From: the human T2T-CHM13v2.0 reference genome, Homo sapiens
Length of the DNA: 64,000 nucleotides
Strand: one strand, 5' to 3'
NCBI RefSeq assembly: GCF_009914755.1
Contig: NC_060938.1
Positions 1 to 17,065 of this stretch are shown piece by piece (positions within the stretch are counted from its first letter, which is position 1; the number at the start of each line of letters is the position of its first letter). The notes under the pieces were generated by a model, which was given only the letters and a program-made list of their open reading frames with translations, was not told the origin of the DNA and ran no database searches. Both the position numbers and the translations under genes were made by a program.

Positions 1-1651
<1,651 letters not shown>

Positions 1652-2079
1652 TGTCTTGGTCCGCTTGAGCTGCTATAACCAAATACCATCGACTGGGTGA
1701 CTGAAACAATAGGTATTTATTTCTCACAGTTTTGGAGGTTGAGAAGTCCAAGACCAAGGTGCTGGCAGATTTGGTTCCTGGTGAGGCTGCCTTTAGGGTA
1801 TGCCCCTTTGCTGTATTTTCAAATGGTGGACACACACACATCCACACACATGTCCCCCGCCTCCACACACACACGGGGTGGTGGGGTGGGTGGGGGGAGA
1901 GAGAGAATGCTTTCTGATCTCTTTTTCTGAGGGCACTGATCCTCCTATAAAAGCTTCACCCTCATGATTTCATCTAAACCTAATGACTACCCAAAGACCC
2001 CATCTCCAAACCCTATCACATTCAGGATTAGGCCTTCAACATATGAATTTGGGGGGACACAGCTGTTCAGTTCAGAGCA
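1652..2079 (-). mobile_element. MLT1A/MLT1A0 LTR
   Basis: tgtcttggtccgcttgagctgctataaccaaatacc...ttcaacatatgaatttggggggacac...gca matches the MLT1A LTR reverse strand; a CA/G-rich simple repeat sits at 1830-1905. Confidence 0.85.
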
Positions 2080-2184
2080 GCCCCATCGCCCATGCTTTGT
2101 CCTGCCTGACTTTGAATTTTGGCTTGGATTGGCTCCCAGATGTTGCCCAAGAAGGACACAAAAGACACACGTGAAAAAATGTAC

Positions 2185-2300
2185 GTGATAGGCATCGTTA
2201 CTCCATCGTATGGATGAGGAGCTGAGGCTCAGAGAGGCTGGGAAACCTGCTCGGAGTCACAGAGCAGGTGTGTAAAAAGACAAGAAGCAAAGTCCAAGGC
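2185..2300 (-). mobile_element. MIR SINE fragment
   Basis: MIR core: gatgaggagctgaggctcagagagg...gtcacagagc. Confidence 0.7.
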
Positions 2301-2829
2301 CCACCGCCTCTCATCTCCCGGGTTGCCGCTGGAGTTCTCCACAGTGGCCCACTCGCTGCATTCTTGATTTGAGGACGGAGCCACAGAGAAGAGGTGGCTT
2401 GGCTGGCTGTCGGTATCTACTGGCCTTGGAAGAGGTGCTAAAAATCTCCCTGGATCTTTCAGAATTGAGGCCCTGTGAAGGCAGAGGGGTAACGCGCACA
2501 CCTTTCTGTTTTTCCAGCCTGGAAGGAAGAGCAAGGTGAAAGTGACCACCGTCAAGCAGGTCAGCCAGTGACACTCAGCAGAAGAGGCCATGGCTCCTGC
2601 ACAGAGGTTGAGTCCCAGACCACACAATCAAGGAAAAGCCCCTGGGTTACTCTCCCTACCCCATCTGCCATTGTCCCCACTGGCTGGAGGGCCACTCGAG
2701 TTTGGAGCCTGTCCTCAGAGGCCAAGTCCCTGACGCCCGCCAGTCTCTGGCCCCTTTACTCCCTTCTGTGCCCCTCCTGGTGTCTCCTTTGCACGGAGAT
2801 TGGGTCTTCATCCGGAAGCTCATGTCTCA

Positions 2830-3130
2830 TGTGTTTTAGGACAGTTTCTCCAGGAAACCCTGAACTGAGCCCCACGGGTGAGTGCTCTATGAAGGGGGCA
2901 CTCCGCGGAGAAACTGGTGAGGGAGCAGGAAGCAGAACAGGGAAGGAGAGGAGGCCAAGCGAAGAGCGATGGCAGGACATCCCTCAAGGACAACTCCAGC
3001 CTGATTCCACTGGGAGCCCTGGGGCATAAGGTGCACCCCAGCCCGCCCTGACCCGGCCGGAGCTTTCACACTCCTGCACTGGCCAGTTGGTGGCAAAGTG
3101 CTGCCCCGGGAGGCTGTAATTGCCCAGCCA
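2830..3130 (-). mobile_element. Ancient ERVL-class LTR fragment (LTR33/LTR16-like)
   Basis: Degenerate similarity to the LTR33-type reverse strand (ggtgagggagcaggaagcagaacagggaagg...attccactgggagccctggg). Confidence 0.4.
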
Positions 3131-4659
3131 TCCGGCTCTCTGGGACCATAGCCAACACAGCTTCAGGAGCTGAAGCAGAACCCCTGGGGGAGGCCACTGA
3201 AGCAGAAGCTCGCTGAGGCTGGGGACGGGGTACACAGGATGGAAGGGATCTGCCGGGACACCGACTGGCCGGGTCTGCTCCAGGGTCCTGTGGTCCCACA
3301 GCCCCACGGTCCCACAGATGTTCTGCAGGGGTTGGCCAGTCACTTGGAGGCAGTGGGTGTCTGCAATCACGGCCCTCTAGGGTCTGATAATAACTGCAAA
3401 GATGAATAGCAACCCTCCCACCGGCCGGGCCCTGGGGCACCTGCTGCCATTTCTGCAGCCAAAGGTGTAGGGACAGGCACCTTTCTGCCCCTCTCAGCAG
3501 CACAAGAATGGGCGCTGGGCCTGGAACTCTTCCTTCCCCGAGATAAAGAGGCCCTCACAGCCTAAGTGGGGCTTGTTTCTGTGTGTGGGAAGACTTTTCC
3601 CTGATTCAGGCTCTGTGCCTTCCTTTGCCCTCCTTAAACCTGTGCGTCATACGGCATCTGGCCAACCCCCCACTGCGGGGAGCAGGGTAGGGCTCTCCTG
3701 CTGCCACACAAGAGAGATGACTGCTGGCCAATGGCCCTGCCTCAGCTGCCGGGAGGGATGCGCTGGCCGTGGGGACCAGTGCCCGCCGCTGCAGCTGATC
3801 CTGCCCTGTCCCGTCTCCATGTGAATAAAGCCTTGTTCCAGCCAGTGCCTCACTGCGTGTATTCCTTGGCGACTCGGAGACCAAGATCCAGGGGTACCCG
3901 GACTTCTACTCCCGATAGCAGGCAACGGATGCCTCCTGCTCGATGAAAGGGTCATATCAGACACCAGGACTTGGACAGACACCAGGACACCCCTTCCCCA
4001 GCCCTCACTGCGCGCTCTTCCCCAGGGTCAGCATCTCCCACCCTGCATCACAGTTCCCCCTCCCCACATATCACTGAGGGTGTGGGGCATATGACCTGAC
4101 AGTCAGGTTCGACAGCTCTCCCAAGACCTTCGGCCACATCCTGGGAGCTCCTGGCTTGTTGCGGCCTCTGCCCTTGAGCCCTAAAAGAGCTGGGCCTTGG
4201 TGCTTTAGCCACACCCAATGCACTGCCAACGCAGCAAACATCGGATTTACCCAGAGCCTTGTGAGCAACTGGAGCGGGTCCCCAGACCAGACACTTGTGA
4301 AATATGCAGACCCCTGGCCCCACTCTCTGAGACCCAAATTCCAAAGGCTGTTGGTGGGCAGGCACCCCAGGTGATTCCAGCTCAGGGGTCTATGGGCCTC
4401 ACTTTGAGAAACACTGAACTGGGGCAAAATGGAAAAGCAGCTGAAGACAAAGAAAATGGAAGTGGCCACCAGGAGGCCTGATCATAGGTGAGGAAATGCA
4501 ACCCAGAAGACCAGGACCTTCCAGGGGCGACTTTCAGAGGACCCCAGGAGTCTGGAATTCTCCCCCAAGCCCTACTGAGGCGGCCTTATGAACTTGGATA
4601 CCTCTCAAAGTCTGCACCCTGTAACAGGAGCTTATCCTTCCTTTTCTGTCCTGATGGGG

Positions 4660-4950
4660 TATTTATGATCATTGACCACGTATAAGGCCACAGAGTAGAC
4701 CTTAATTAATATCAACATGCAGATGCTGCCAGTGCCTCATTGGCTACCCACGACACAACAATAGAAATAACAAAACCAAAGACAATGAAAAAAACTCTAA
4801 CACTCCACTACATACATCTTGAGTCAAAGAAGATGTGAGCATTTCAGCTGCAGAATACTTAAAAAATAATGATCTTGAGAATAATACTTACAGGGTATAA
4901 ACAAAGCAGTATTACCACTGGCAAATTCGTAACACCAAATATTTTCAACT
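4660..4950 (+). mobile_element. Old L1M ORF2 fragment, probably resuming at about 6470-6610
   Basis: A-rich, degenerate L1 endonuclease-region text (attgaccacgtataaggccacag...aaagcagtatt...caaattcgtaacaccaaat). Confidence 0.55.
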
Positions 4951-6465
<1,515 letters not shown>

Positions 6466-6784
6466 GCATAAAGGAAATAAACGAACTACATACAAAACTC
6501 AAAAGATAGAAGAAGACACAAAAAGAGAAATTCAGTTGGAAAACAGGGAGAAAAAGTAGATTTGATAAACACATTTGAGAATTAACTCTTCCAAAAACTG
6601 GATACTCATTCAATACCTATTTGGACTATTTTAACAGCTCTATTTCACAGATGAGTCCACGGAGGGTCACAGAAGGGAAACTGGGCTGCTGAGGGAGGTT
6701 TTGGGGAGCCGGGATGGGAAGGCAGGTCTTTCCGACTCTCACCCTTGCGGTTTCTCCATACAGCTCAACACCTCCCTCCCAACC

Positions 6785-7212
6785 TGTTTTAGTTTCCTGG
6801 GGCTGCCATAAAAAATGACCACAAACTGGGAGGCTTAAAGGAACACGCATTTAGTCTGTGGCTGTTCTGGAGGCTAGAAGTGCAGAATCAAGGTGCCAGC
6901 AGGGCCACGCTCCCTCGGGGGCTGCGTAGGACCCTCCCTGCCTCTTTAGCTTCCAGAGGCTCATGGCCTTCCCTGGCACGTGACTGCATGGCTCCAATCT
7001 TTCTCTGCATTGTCACATGCGCTTCTTCCCAGTGTGTGTCTCTCTGTGCCCCCTCCTTGTCTTATAAGGATGCCCGTCATCAGAATGTAGGCCCATTCAA
7101 GTCCAGCAGGACCTCAACGAACCACATCTGTAAGGACCCTACTTCCAAATGAGAGCTGTCGGAGGTTCCAGAGGACGTGAGTTTTGCATGGCGCACTATT
7201 CAAGTTGATACA
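6785..7212 (-). mobile_element. MLT1B/MLT1C solo LTR
   Basis: tgttttagtttcctggggctgccataaaaaatgaccacaaactggg...catctgtaaggaccctacttccaaat. Confidence 0.85.
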
Positions 7213-7689
7213 CAACTTGATCAGCATTTGGGACCGAAAACCATCTCTTCCTTTCACAACCCAAACTGACTCCTGGGCAGGGCAAACCTGTGGATGCTGA
7301 CGTATCTCCTGGTGCCCTCCCACCCCATCCCTCACTGCTCATCTCTGTAGTAGGGGGGGTCATGCGACACCCACTCCAGTGCGGGGGACCACCCCGGGCA
7401 GGCGCCTCCCCGGCTGTGTGTGTGTGCTTCCCTGCTCCCAGGAGGAGGCAGCCCCCACCTCCTTGCCAGCTTCGAGGTGAGTCCACCACGCTGAGGCTGC
7501 ACAGTGCCAGTGTTAACTCAGCAAGGTGGATTTTTAAACTAAATTGGCCAAAAATTTTGATGACCTAAAGACAGACTGTAATTATAAGTCTAGAATCCGG
7601 TGATGAGCACATGGGTGCATTTTATTGTCTATGTCATATATGTCTATGCTTTTTGGGGTACTTTCTGAGTGCCCATTTGGGGCAAGGAT

Positions 7690-7870
7690 CTTTTCTTGCC
7701 ATGTGTAATTGAACTCCCTAATAATCCGGTACAGGGGACGTCACTATCCTTGTTTAATAGATGAGGAAGCAGGGCCCAGGCAGGGTAATTGGCTCCCTCA
7801 GGCTTTGTAGCTATGAAGTAGAGTTCAGCTTCGAACCCAGGACTTTGTGACTTAAACGCTTGTGTTTTTG
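7690..7870 (-). mobile_element. MIR SINE
   Basis: Degenerate core and tRNA-like end (agatgaggaagcagggcccagg...ttcgaacccaggact). Confidence 0.65.
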
Positions 7871-9582
7871 CCCTCATCCTACAGGCAGGGCAGGCTGCAG
7901 AGGATTTATTTATCAGACAGCGAGAGCATAAGTTTAGATTAGCAAGCTAAGCGAGGTGAGCCGTGTTCTTGATGAGCTGTGTTCTGATTTCACCTGGGGA
8001 CAGTGCTTTGATCCTGCCCGCCCACTGGCAGCTGCTCCTCATTAGCTGGTCCCCACAGCTGGACGCGGCCGAGTCAAAGCGTTGTTGCAAGAGCTACCTG
8101 GGCAGGCCAACTCTTGCCCAGGGCTGGCATCTCAGCAGCCAGGTGGCTGCTCTGAGCCTGGCAGAGGCTTTCTGGAAGCTGGTGCTCAGGAGTGCAGATT
8201 ATAGCACCAGAACCAAACAGGTGAGCCGGCCGTGGGCTGCAAGCCCCCCAGGAGCCCTCCATGAACTAGTGATATGCTTCTTTCCATCCTGCCTCTGCCG
8301 TTCAGTGCTCAAGCCTACAGAGAGGATGCTGGAGCCTCCATATGACAGGGACAGGGCAGCCAGCAGCAAAGCAATGGTCCCCTCTGAGGGCAGCTCGGGG
8401 ACAAGCAGTCTTCACAGGGGACCCCAGGCTTCCCTAGCAAGTGAACTGGGCTGACCTCTGTTTCCCTGGGCTTGTCCAAGGCCCACCTGTAGCAGCAGGT
8501 GTTGGAGGTCAAGGAGCAGTTCCTGGGGGAAGCGGGATTTACAATGAGGAAACTCTGACTTCATCTTTTCACCATGAATTGGAAAATAAACTCCCATTCT
8601 TCCATTTTCAATGTTGGCCAAACCCCAACATTCCGCATAAATATGGTTATAACCTGGGGCGCATCCTCTCCCCGCTGCTGACTGAGGGTCAGCAAGGGAC
8701 AGAGACGCCTTCAAAATCCCGTGCGTTTGGTTTACATCTTGGTACATCAGAAAATGCTTCTCGCCTGGTCTCCATTTGTGATCTCTCTTGACTCCTGTTT
8801 TGAACTTTTGGGGTCAAGCCTATATTAAAGTCCAGGGTTGGGTCAACAGATGGCCCTGGGAAGAAGCAGAAAAGAAGCTGGTGGCCTTGGCCTCTTGATG
8901 CTCATTGTCTTGGAAACAGACACATCCTCTCTGGGTCTCTGCAGGGGCTGAAAGGCACCTGGGGCTGGCTGTTCATTCTCTGGCATGGGCTGTCCATTCC
9001 GTGGTCCCAAACCATCTTGCTGCTATCAAATGAGGCCAGCAGATCTGTTTGGGATCACTGGGGGAGAGGTTCCAGCTCTTCCTAAAGTGTGGACTGTTAT
9101 CCAAATGTGCCAGCAGCCACCAGGGGTGGGCCAGACATCACCTCCCCTAACACAGATGGAGAGGCTCTGGAAATTCACGTTGCAATTAGTAGCTCCTCTG
9201 TAGGGCAGCAGGCTCTAGGGTTACTGCCCCGCCCTGATCACACAAATACCCCGGCCCGACCTGGAGGTATCTGCAGTGAGCCTTCCACAGAAACCACCCT
9301 CTGTCCCGTTTTGTCAGGTGCTGGCTGGGAAGCTCGAGCAGGTTATTTGGGGGAGAGTCAGGAGACATGGGAGAGTCATTTATTTCAAAGAGTGGGAGCT
9401 GCTGTTCTGCAGGCGCCTGAGTGACAGGGGCTGTACTTTGCCGATCACCATGATGAAAGGCTACAATTGGCCTCTTGGCTTCTGAAGGTGCGGACAACTC
9501 AGCCAGAGCTGGGTGGATTCTCCAGTGAAATCATCCGCTCATCATCTCTGCTCTTGACACCATGTGCCCAAAGACACCCCAC

Positions 9583-9583
<1 letters not shown>

Positions 9584-9631
<48 letters not shown>
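9584..9631. repeat. (CA)n microsatellite, about 24 units
   Basis: Uninterrupted AC run. Confidence 0.98.
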
Positions 9632-9636
<5 letters not shown>

Positions 9637-10159
9637 CCCCTAAGCTGGGGCTTTCTCCTGGTCATGAGCCCTGGAACCAGAATGAGGCAAGCCCATCATT
9701 CCATAGTGGGAAACTGAGGACCAGAGAGGGAGGATGATTTGCCCAACGCTGGGGCCAGAAGGGGCACAGTGCCTGCCCCCAACCCAGGGTGCCTGCTCCA
9801 GGCTCAGGGGGTGGTGGCTGCAGGGATAACCTTCCGTCTTCGGAGAGGGCTGTGGGTGGGGGCTGGAGGCTGCTGGCATCCCCTCCTGGTGTTTCCTTGA
9901 GGGTCTTCTAGGACTCTTTTGAGCCTGGAGAGAAGGGGAATGGGGGTCGACAAACTGCACCAAGCTCCGCAATCCCCTGACCAAGCCTATCTGCCCTGTC
10001 ATTCAGGAATGAATTGTATGGGAATGAATGAATACAAGTAAAACTAACAACAATAGCTAGCTCCTCAAGCTTTCCCTGCGTGCTGGGGGCCACAGTGACC
10101 CGGGGTGGCCCTTGGCTCCCCTCCTTCCCACTCACATCCAGGCAGGAAGTGGCCCCGTT

Positions 10160-10349
10160 GGCTCTGTGGATCCTACAGTGGCCGGTAGGACGTGTTTTCT
10201 GTCTGTGTCCCTAGCATGGCCACCGAGCGCTCAGAATACGGCTAGTGTGACTGAGGAACTCACGTTGCTTTCTCATTTAATTTTAATTAATTTAAATTAA
10301 AAGGGCCACCTGGGGCTAGTGGCTCCCATATTGGACAGTGCAGTTCTAG
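10160..10349. mobile_element. MER3 DNA transposon (hAT-Charlie)
   Basis: gctagtgtgactgaggaact...ttaattttaattaatttaaatt...gctagtggctcccatattggacagtgcagttctag. Confidence 0.8.
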
Positions 10350-10499
10350 GCTATCCAGAAGCTGACTGCCTCTCCCGGCCTCTGTGATGCCTGCCCTGTC
10401 CCGGCATGGTCCTCTGCCCTGTGGACCACTGCGGTGGTGTCCTGCGCTCCCGTCTTCTCGCTTTGGCCTTTGCCAGAGGAGGCTGATAAAAGTACATCT

Positions 10500-11020
10500 G
10501 CTCAGAGACTGCACAGGGCCCTGGCCAGGTCCTCACACGGCCTGTGGGCCCCGCTGCACCTCCAATCCCACTCCCTGCTCCTTCCCCTGCCCTGCTCCAC
10601 TGCCCGGGCCTCCACGCTCCTCCCACGTGCACTCGTGCCCCTGCCTCAGGGCCTTTGCACTGGCTGTGCCCTCTGCTCAATGCCCTTTACTTAGACACCA
10701 CATGGCTCACTGCTTCTCTTCCTTCCGACTCTGCCTAAATTCCACTTTCTCAGAGAGGCCTTTGCTGACAACGCGTAAGAGGACGTACATTAGCAATGCA
10801 GCCCCTTCTGTGTCCCCCTTTTGGCAGATGTATTTTCTTTAAAACATTTGCCACCACCTGGCTTTTGAATTGGTTGTTTATTTTCTGCCTCCCCTGACTC
10901 GAATGTAAATTCCACGAGGACAGACACTTTTTTTCTGTTGTTTTGTTCACGGATGCATCCCAAGCTCCTGGGATAGCCCCTGGCTCACAGTAGGTGCTCA
11001 GTCAATGCTGATGGATTGGG
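10500..11020 (+). mobile_element. L2 LINE 3' end
   Basis: cctcagggcctttgcactggctgtgccctctgc...cacagtaggtgctcagtcaatg. Confidence 0.8.
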
Positions 11021-13071
11021 GGAAAGATTATCTCAATCAATCGTCACTGTCATCCAAGGGGAAGGTATCCTTATCGCCAAGCTACAGGTGAGAAATCTGA
11101 GGCTGAGGGTGAGCTTTCAATGAGGTGCACTCAACTTAGAAACTCACAGGCATAATCACCACCATGTCTCAGCCATGAGACCGCCTCAAAGCCTCCGTTT
11201 CCTCCTCTATAGAATGAGGGTCAGAACCACCTACCTCATGGTGGTGCTGTGAGCATTCAGTGCCAGCTGCTGGGCAGTCAGTGAACTTGACCCCCCCTTC
11301 CCCTTCTGAGAGCACCTATCTCTGGGTGTCTCTGTGTAACGTGGCAGGGTCTACATGGGCTCTGGGCCCAGAGGAGACCAACCATAGCCGTGGATTAGGG
11401 GGAAGGTTTGCCTGACAATGCAGGACAAGGATGTCCTGGCAAACTCCTCTCTGGACACATGAGAGGAGGGAGGTATGGGGTGTGGCCAGTGGCAGGGCTC
11501 AGGGGCTGGTCCAAGGAGCTGGGAGGCATCCTGGGGTTCCCACAAAGCACAGCTTCCTCGCTGCCCCTAATTTCCAAGCCCCAGCAGCTTCCCTCATCTT
11601 ACGCTGCCATGTGTCTGTGGAGGGCAGCACTGATGAGCTTGGGGCCAGGGCAGATTTCCTGGCAATGTTGCCTGGCGTATGCTTAGGAGCTGGATCTTTG
11701 GAGGTGGCTGGATGGGGGGTGGCAGGGAGGAGTGGCACCTCACATACGTCCCAGAATTCTGAGCTTGGCCTTCGAGGCCTGGCCCCAGGCTCCTGGCTTT
11801 GGACATCAAGCTGAGTTCTAGAGAACGGAACAGAGAGGGGCTGGCCTCAACTCTGCACCAGCTGTGTGTGATGCCTGACACGTGAAGCCTTTCGTGGGCC
11901 CTCTCACTTAGTTTTCACAACTTCCCTGCAACCTGGCGTTATTACTGTTATTCCCTCACTCACTCACTATGTGCCAGGCCTGTGCCAGCTGTTAGTGGCT
12001 GAACCAGTCCTCATATCCAAGACGTGTGCAGAGGCGGGAGGTGTGAGGACACAGGGCTGCAGGGGTGGCTGATTTAGGGAGAAAGACACCCAGGCTCAGA
12101 GGGCTGAGGGGATGGACTTGGGTCCCATCTTGGAGAAGCAGAGCCAGGCCCCAAGCCCACACTGGGGGCTCCCAGCCTGTGCCTTCCCACCCCATGGGCT
12201 GGGTGGATGCGGCCTTGGCGTCGATGCCCCTCAGTGCCCCGGAGCCCCGGGTACCAACAGCCCTGTCTTGTCCCAGCAGAAGGCCTGGCCTGCCCCTTCC
12301 CTCTCCAGGTTTCATCTGAGGGTGTGGGCGCTCCTGTTGGGGAATGGTGTGTGTTTGTAGCAGGAGCCCTCTGCCTGGTTCACCTGCGGGGAATTCCCCA
12401 TTGCCCACGACTCCTCCACTCAGGGAGGCCTGTGGGTTCAGGAGAGGCCCAGGCCTCCAGGGCGCGTGGCCGGCTGTGTTTAGGGGCCTGGTGCCTGCTG
12501 TCAGGGCCCGCTGAGGTCCCCAGGCTGGCCCCACCCACCCACTCAGCCCTCCTCCCAGCCAGGCCTGACTGAAGGCAGGGTGTCCCTGCTGTCCCGTTCC
12601 CCTGGGCCTGACCCCAGTCCTGGGCACACAGCCCCCGCTGCCTGCTGGGCCTCAGCCTTGGTCACTGTTTGTCTCCAGCCCCTTGAGGCAGGGCCCTGCT
12701 CTTGTCTGACTTGCCCCCTGAAGGCCTTAGATCTCAGGAAGATGCCCCTTCCCTGACAATTGTCTCCCCCATTGGGCTTCTGGGTGTCAGCCCAGCTCAG
12801 TGTTTGGAGTGAGGCAGGCTTGAATTACAGTCCTAAATGGTGGGCCAGGTATCGCCCCTCTCCAAGCCTGGCTCCCCCACCTGTTCAGGGAGTGCAGCCG
12901 TCCCTTCACCACAAGGTCATTCCAAGGACGCTCAGAGAAAGCTCACCTCTAGCATCTGGCACAACAGGGGGCCTGGCACCTTCCCTGGAATGCCTCTCAC
13001 AGGGCAAGGCTCCTGCCTGACCTGGGCCTGGCTCACAGAAATGCGCTAAGTGTGGATGAATGGATGAGAGG

Positions 13072-13169
13072 ATGCCAGGGGAGATAGGGGCAGCAATGCC
13101 AGGGGAGACAGGGGCAGCAACGCCAGGGGAGACAGGGGCAGCAGTGCTAGGAGAGACAGGGCAGCAACG
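13072..13169. repeat. 24-bp tandem repeat, about 4 copies
   Basis: Unit approximately TGCCAGGGGAGACAGGGGCAGCAA, repeated with substitutions. Confidence 0.85.
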
Positions 13170-14926
13170 GCCCCTGCCCCTGAGAAACTGAAAGTCCAAG
13201 GGGGAGATGATGCGGAGCGAGACAGGTCCTATTCCCTGAGCTCTGGGCTGGAGCAGAGCTGAGCACAAGGGACTGTGGTTTGCTAGGAAGGAAGTCAGGG
13301 AGGGCTTCCCAGAGGAGGGCACCCCAGAGGAGGGCATATTGAGAGGGCCTTTGGGGGATGCAGAGGAGTCTAAGACAGACGAGGTGGAAATGAGCCTTCC
13401 AGGGAGGGTGAAGCATGTGAGGTTGGGACAGGAGAAGGGCCCAGGAATTTTGGGAGTTGGCCTCTTTGCTGGGAGCAGTGGGGATCCACGAAGACTTTTA
13501 AGCAGGGGCATAACGTAGTGGGAGCTGGCTTTTTATACCTCACTTCGGGGTAGAGGATGCACTGCCCAGGCTGGTGGTGGAGTGGTGAGGATCTGCTGCC
13601 GGCTGTAAGGCCTAACGTGCGGGGTCTGCCCGAGACGCCTCCCTCTGCCATCCTGTAGACCCCACCTGAGTAGCTCCATGGGGACTTCCCAGGGCTTGGC
13701 CAAGTTTCCAGAACACTCTGGAGGCTTCTAGGTCAGAGGCTCCATCTCCCAACCCCAACGATGCCCTCGTTTCTCAGTGGTACCCAACCCCCACCAGAGC
13801 AAGAATCCTCAAGGCTGGGCCATATGGCAGATGGGGCACTGCGAGAAAGGGAGCGGGAGGGAGAACGCGTTGGGGGCAGTCTTGGAAGGCAGGTCGTGGC
13901 TTCTACCTGCATGTCCCCGAGCCCATGCAGAGCCTGACATGGAGGAGCCCCTCAACCAACTTGTGAACGTCAGGGTGAGCACACCTGGTGACGGGCACTG
14001 TCAGGGCGCGGGCCCACATCCAGAGAGGAAAAAACATCAGGGCTGCCCCCTCTGCCCTGCAGAGCCCCTTCCACTGCCCGGCTATCTCCTCCTCTCATTG
14101 GTCACCCTCTTTCTAGCTGTTTCTGCCTCCAGGGAGCCTTCTAGAGCCCCTCTGCTGTGGGCTTCTTGTGCCCCACATCTCCCCGGCTGGCTTCGCACGT
14201 CATGAATGAACGAATGGGGCAATGACTTGCTTATTTCTGTCTCATCCACCGGACCTGGGTCTGTCTGTTCACTTCTGTGTCCCAGTGTGTGGAGGGATGC
14301 CTGCCCCACATAGGGCCTTGACAAACTTTTGTTGCATAAAGGAATGAGTGTTCAACAAAGATGTAGATACAAACAGACTGTGGCTCACGCCTGCACTGTG
14401 GTTAAAATCGCCAGGTGACACCCTGGTGGCGGGAGACCACATCCTGCCTCGCACAGGCTCCCAGCCACCAAGCCGACGCTCTGGGTTAAGTGGATCCTGG
14501 CCTGCAGGAGGCCATCGCAGCTGCCACCGCAGGCTCCCCAGGTCTCCCTGATCCCTCCTCTGAGGGTCCTGGCCGCTTCCCAGGGAAGTGGGGATGACGG
14601 AAATACAAATCCCTCATGGGGGATGCTCAGTCAGTCCTGGGCTGTCCTGATACACGCATTCTTCCAATGTGGGCCCCGGAGAATGTGCTGATCCTGCAAT
14701 AGGGTGTCTTCAGAACATGAATCATGAGTATGAAAGAAAACAAGCCACGGACCCTGCTGAGGAAGCCTCTGGAGTCAGGATGTGGTGGGCCCTGGCAGGC
14801 TGGGCATTAAGAGCATAGGCTCTGCCGTCGGGGGATCTGGGTTGAAGTGTCCGCCCTGCCACTGCCTCCTGGCAGTCTGGGGCTGTCTCAAGCTTCTGTT
14901 TCTAGTCTGGTTTGTGGGGACCGGAA

Positions 14927-15170
14927 TCCTTGTCCTGCTCTGGAATCCTGGGCAGAGAGGACACAGTCCTTGTCCTGCTCTGGAAGCCTGGGCGGAGAGG
15001 ACACAGTCCTTGTCCTGCTCTGGAAGCCTGGGCGGAGAGGACACAGTCCTTGTCCTGCTCTGGAAGCCTGGGCGGAGAGGACACAGTCCTTGTCCTGCTC
15101 TGGAAGCCTGGGCGGAGAGGACACAGTCCTTGTCCTGCTCTGCAATCCTGGGCGGAGAGGACACAGTCCT
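14927..15170. repeat. 40-bp minisatellite, 6 copies
   Basis: Unit TCCTTGTCCTGCTCTGGAAGCCTGGGCGGAGAGGACACAG; the four central copies are identical and the outer two are diverged. Confidence 0.97.
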
Positions 15171-15199
15171 GTGGCTGGCATGAAGGAAATGCTCAGCAC

Positions 15200-15500
15200 T
15201 CCCAGGGACTCTGGGAAGCTCACTCCCTCTGCTAGTCAGTCTCCTCAACTGTAGATGGGGCTAATGAGGGCTACTCCCACAGGTTGCTGGGAGGATTTAA
15301 TAAGGTAATTAATAACAAGCAGTAAGGGAAGTTGGTAACACTTGTTAAGAACTTAACAAGCACCAGGTGTCATTCAAACTGCTTCTTTATCCCCATTTTA
15401 CGGATAAGAAAACTGAGGCATGAGGCGTTAGTGATCTGCACAGGATCTCATGCCAGAGATGTATGGCTGCTGACCTTGGCTTCTGGCCAGTTTGGCTCTG
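15200..15500. mobile_element. Two MIR fragments in opposite orientation
   Basis: cagttctcctcaactgtagatgggg (+) and ccccattttacggataagaaaactgaggc (-). Confidence 0.7.
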
Positions 15501-16359
15501 AGGCTAAGCTCCTGGTGGCCACACCACTGCGACTTGCTGGGCCTCAGCTCTCCTCCCCCTGCATCTTCTGCTTCTAGTCCCCGCTGCATCTCAGCTGCCT
15601 GACAGCGCTGCCTTTATTTGGATGTAGTGCAGATCTGGCCAGGCCCTGCCTGCTGGGCATGGGGGCTCCCCTGGACCGCCCTGCTCCCTCCCCAGCCTGA
15701 CTTCAAAGCCCTCAGTGCTGCAGACAGACACACCTGACTATTGGCAGCGGTTCTGTCTCCAGCCATTGCTCCCGGACACCCTCCTTGTTCCTGGCTATGT
15801 CCAGCCCTCCCATGAAGCCTCAGGGAGGCCTTCTTTGACCACCCCACGCTGTACTCCTCAGGCTCCCTTGGCCCCGCAGCGCCCTGTGCTGTCTCTTTAC
15901 AGATCAGCTGCTCCCACTGGCCTCTGGACAGCTCCAGACTCATCCCTGTATCCTCCTCACCAAGTCACCAGCCCAGGCCAGGGGAGAAGGGGACTAGGGA
16001 GGAGGGAGGAGATGAGGGTGTGGAAGGTGTCATTATTTAGAAGCCGGGGGCATTGAGGTCATGGGCCTGGGCTCAGGATGAATGAGGACCAGAGGGGGAG
16101 GACTGAGGGGGCAGGGGCCGGCTCAAGGTGGAGGGGCATGAGGATGGTGTGGGGGGCCCAGGGCAGAAGAGGAAGGGCTAGGAAGCAAACTGATCTTGAT
16201 AACAGCTTACACTGTTGGAGCCCCTACCTGGGCTGAAGCTGGTGATAGAGAGCTGGGCCCCACTCCAGGGAGGTGACCCTGAGGGGCAGGCACATGAGTA
16301 GGTAACTCCAATCCGGGGGACCTGGGACATGGAGAGACAGGCCTGGGGGAAACAGGGGC

Positions 16360-17065
<706 letters not shown>

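Noticed and set aside
14927-15170. CRISPR-like look of the palindromic 40-bp repeats
   Set aside because: Units are directly adjacent with no unique spacers, there are no cas genes, and the context is eukaryotic.
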